Assembly: GCF_964355755.1 (NCBI RefSeq)
Contig: NC_092675.1
Span: 1,297,812 to 1,361,811 of the forward strand
Length of the DNA stretch: 64,000 nucleotides
Direction of reading: 5' to 3'
From: Antedon mediterranea
Taxonomy: Eukaryota; Animalia; Echinodermata
Below are positions 63,711-64,000 of the stretch, one piece after another. Numbering within the stretch: position 1 is the first letter of the stretch; every line of letters begins with the position of its first letter. Made by a program: the position numbers and the translations under genes. The notes below the pieces were generated by a model. That model was not told the origin of the DNA and did not search any database. It worked only from the letters and a program-made list of their open reading frames with translations.

Positions 63711-64000
63711 TATTATACCAAAGAAACATTTCTTTAAATGTTCTTCTTTTTTCTTTCGGAAAAAGTGAATTTAAGTTAAAATAAGTTCAAGCCATAATTT
63801 GGTTATAGGCAAATTTTAGATGTAATGCCAAATGTTGTCGAAAATGATTACCAAGTTTAAAATAAATATACAAAACGGTTTCTTAATGTCTTCAATGTAT
63901 AAACTTTGGTGAAAAGTGCAAATTCGCTGAACGCCTGGAAGTTTTATAAAAATTATAATCCATTTCAGCAATTATATAACGTCGGAAAACCCTCTTCACG

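Noticed and set aside
57100-64000. Short ORFs (57382, 59040, 60159, 61268, 62555) as exons of a fourth gene
   Set aside because: No recognisable protein motif and no phase-consistent exon chain could be built; a non-coding or long-intron gene cannot be excluded.

Overview
AT-rich eukaryotic (metazoan) genomic DNA, most likely from a marine invertebrate such as an echinoderm (inference from gene content and repeat types). Three spliced protein-coding genes can be reconstructed by hand with phase-consistent GT-AG introns: (1) a 17-coding-exon, 1119-aa type I cytokine receptor of the gp130/LIFR/Domeless class (minus strand, 18096..4983); (2) a 6-exon, 332-aa tartrate-resistant purple acid phosphatase ACP5 (plus strand, 38960..43559); (3) a 14-exon, 442-aa ENOSF1/L-fuconate dehydratase (minus strand, 52406..45049), convergent with ACP5. 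Non-coding DNA is dense in short mobile elements (tRNA-derived SINEs, several MITE families, two non-autonomous Helitrons, a Ginger-like foldback element, LINE and Penelope fragments) and minisatellites derived from them. The most striking observation is a cluster of three different hammerhead ribozyme motifs within about 900 bp, 0.6-1.5 kb downstream of the receptor stop codon and on its sense strand, next to a Penelope GIY-YIG remnant. Other highlights are the extended, non-canonical receptor architecture, an array of about 31 Pol III B-box-like motifs, and a transposon carrying about 20 C/EBP-consensus palindromes upstream of ACP5. Most ORFs in the supplied track are exon read-throughs or repeat artefacts. 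All coordinates and counts were made by eye and may be off by a few bases.
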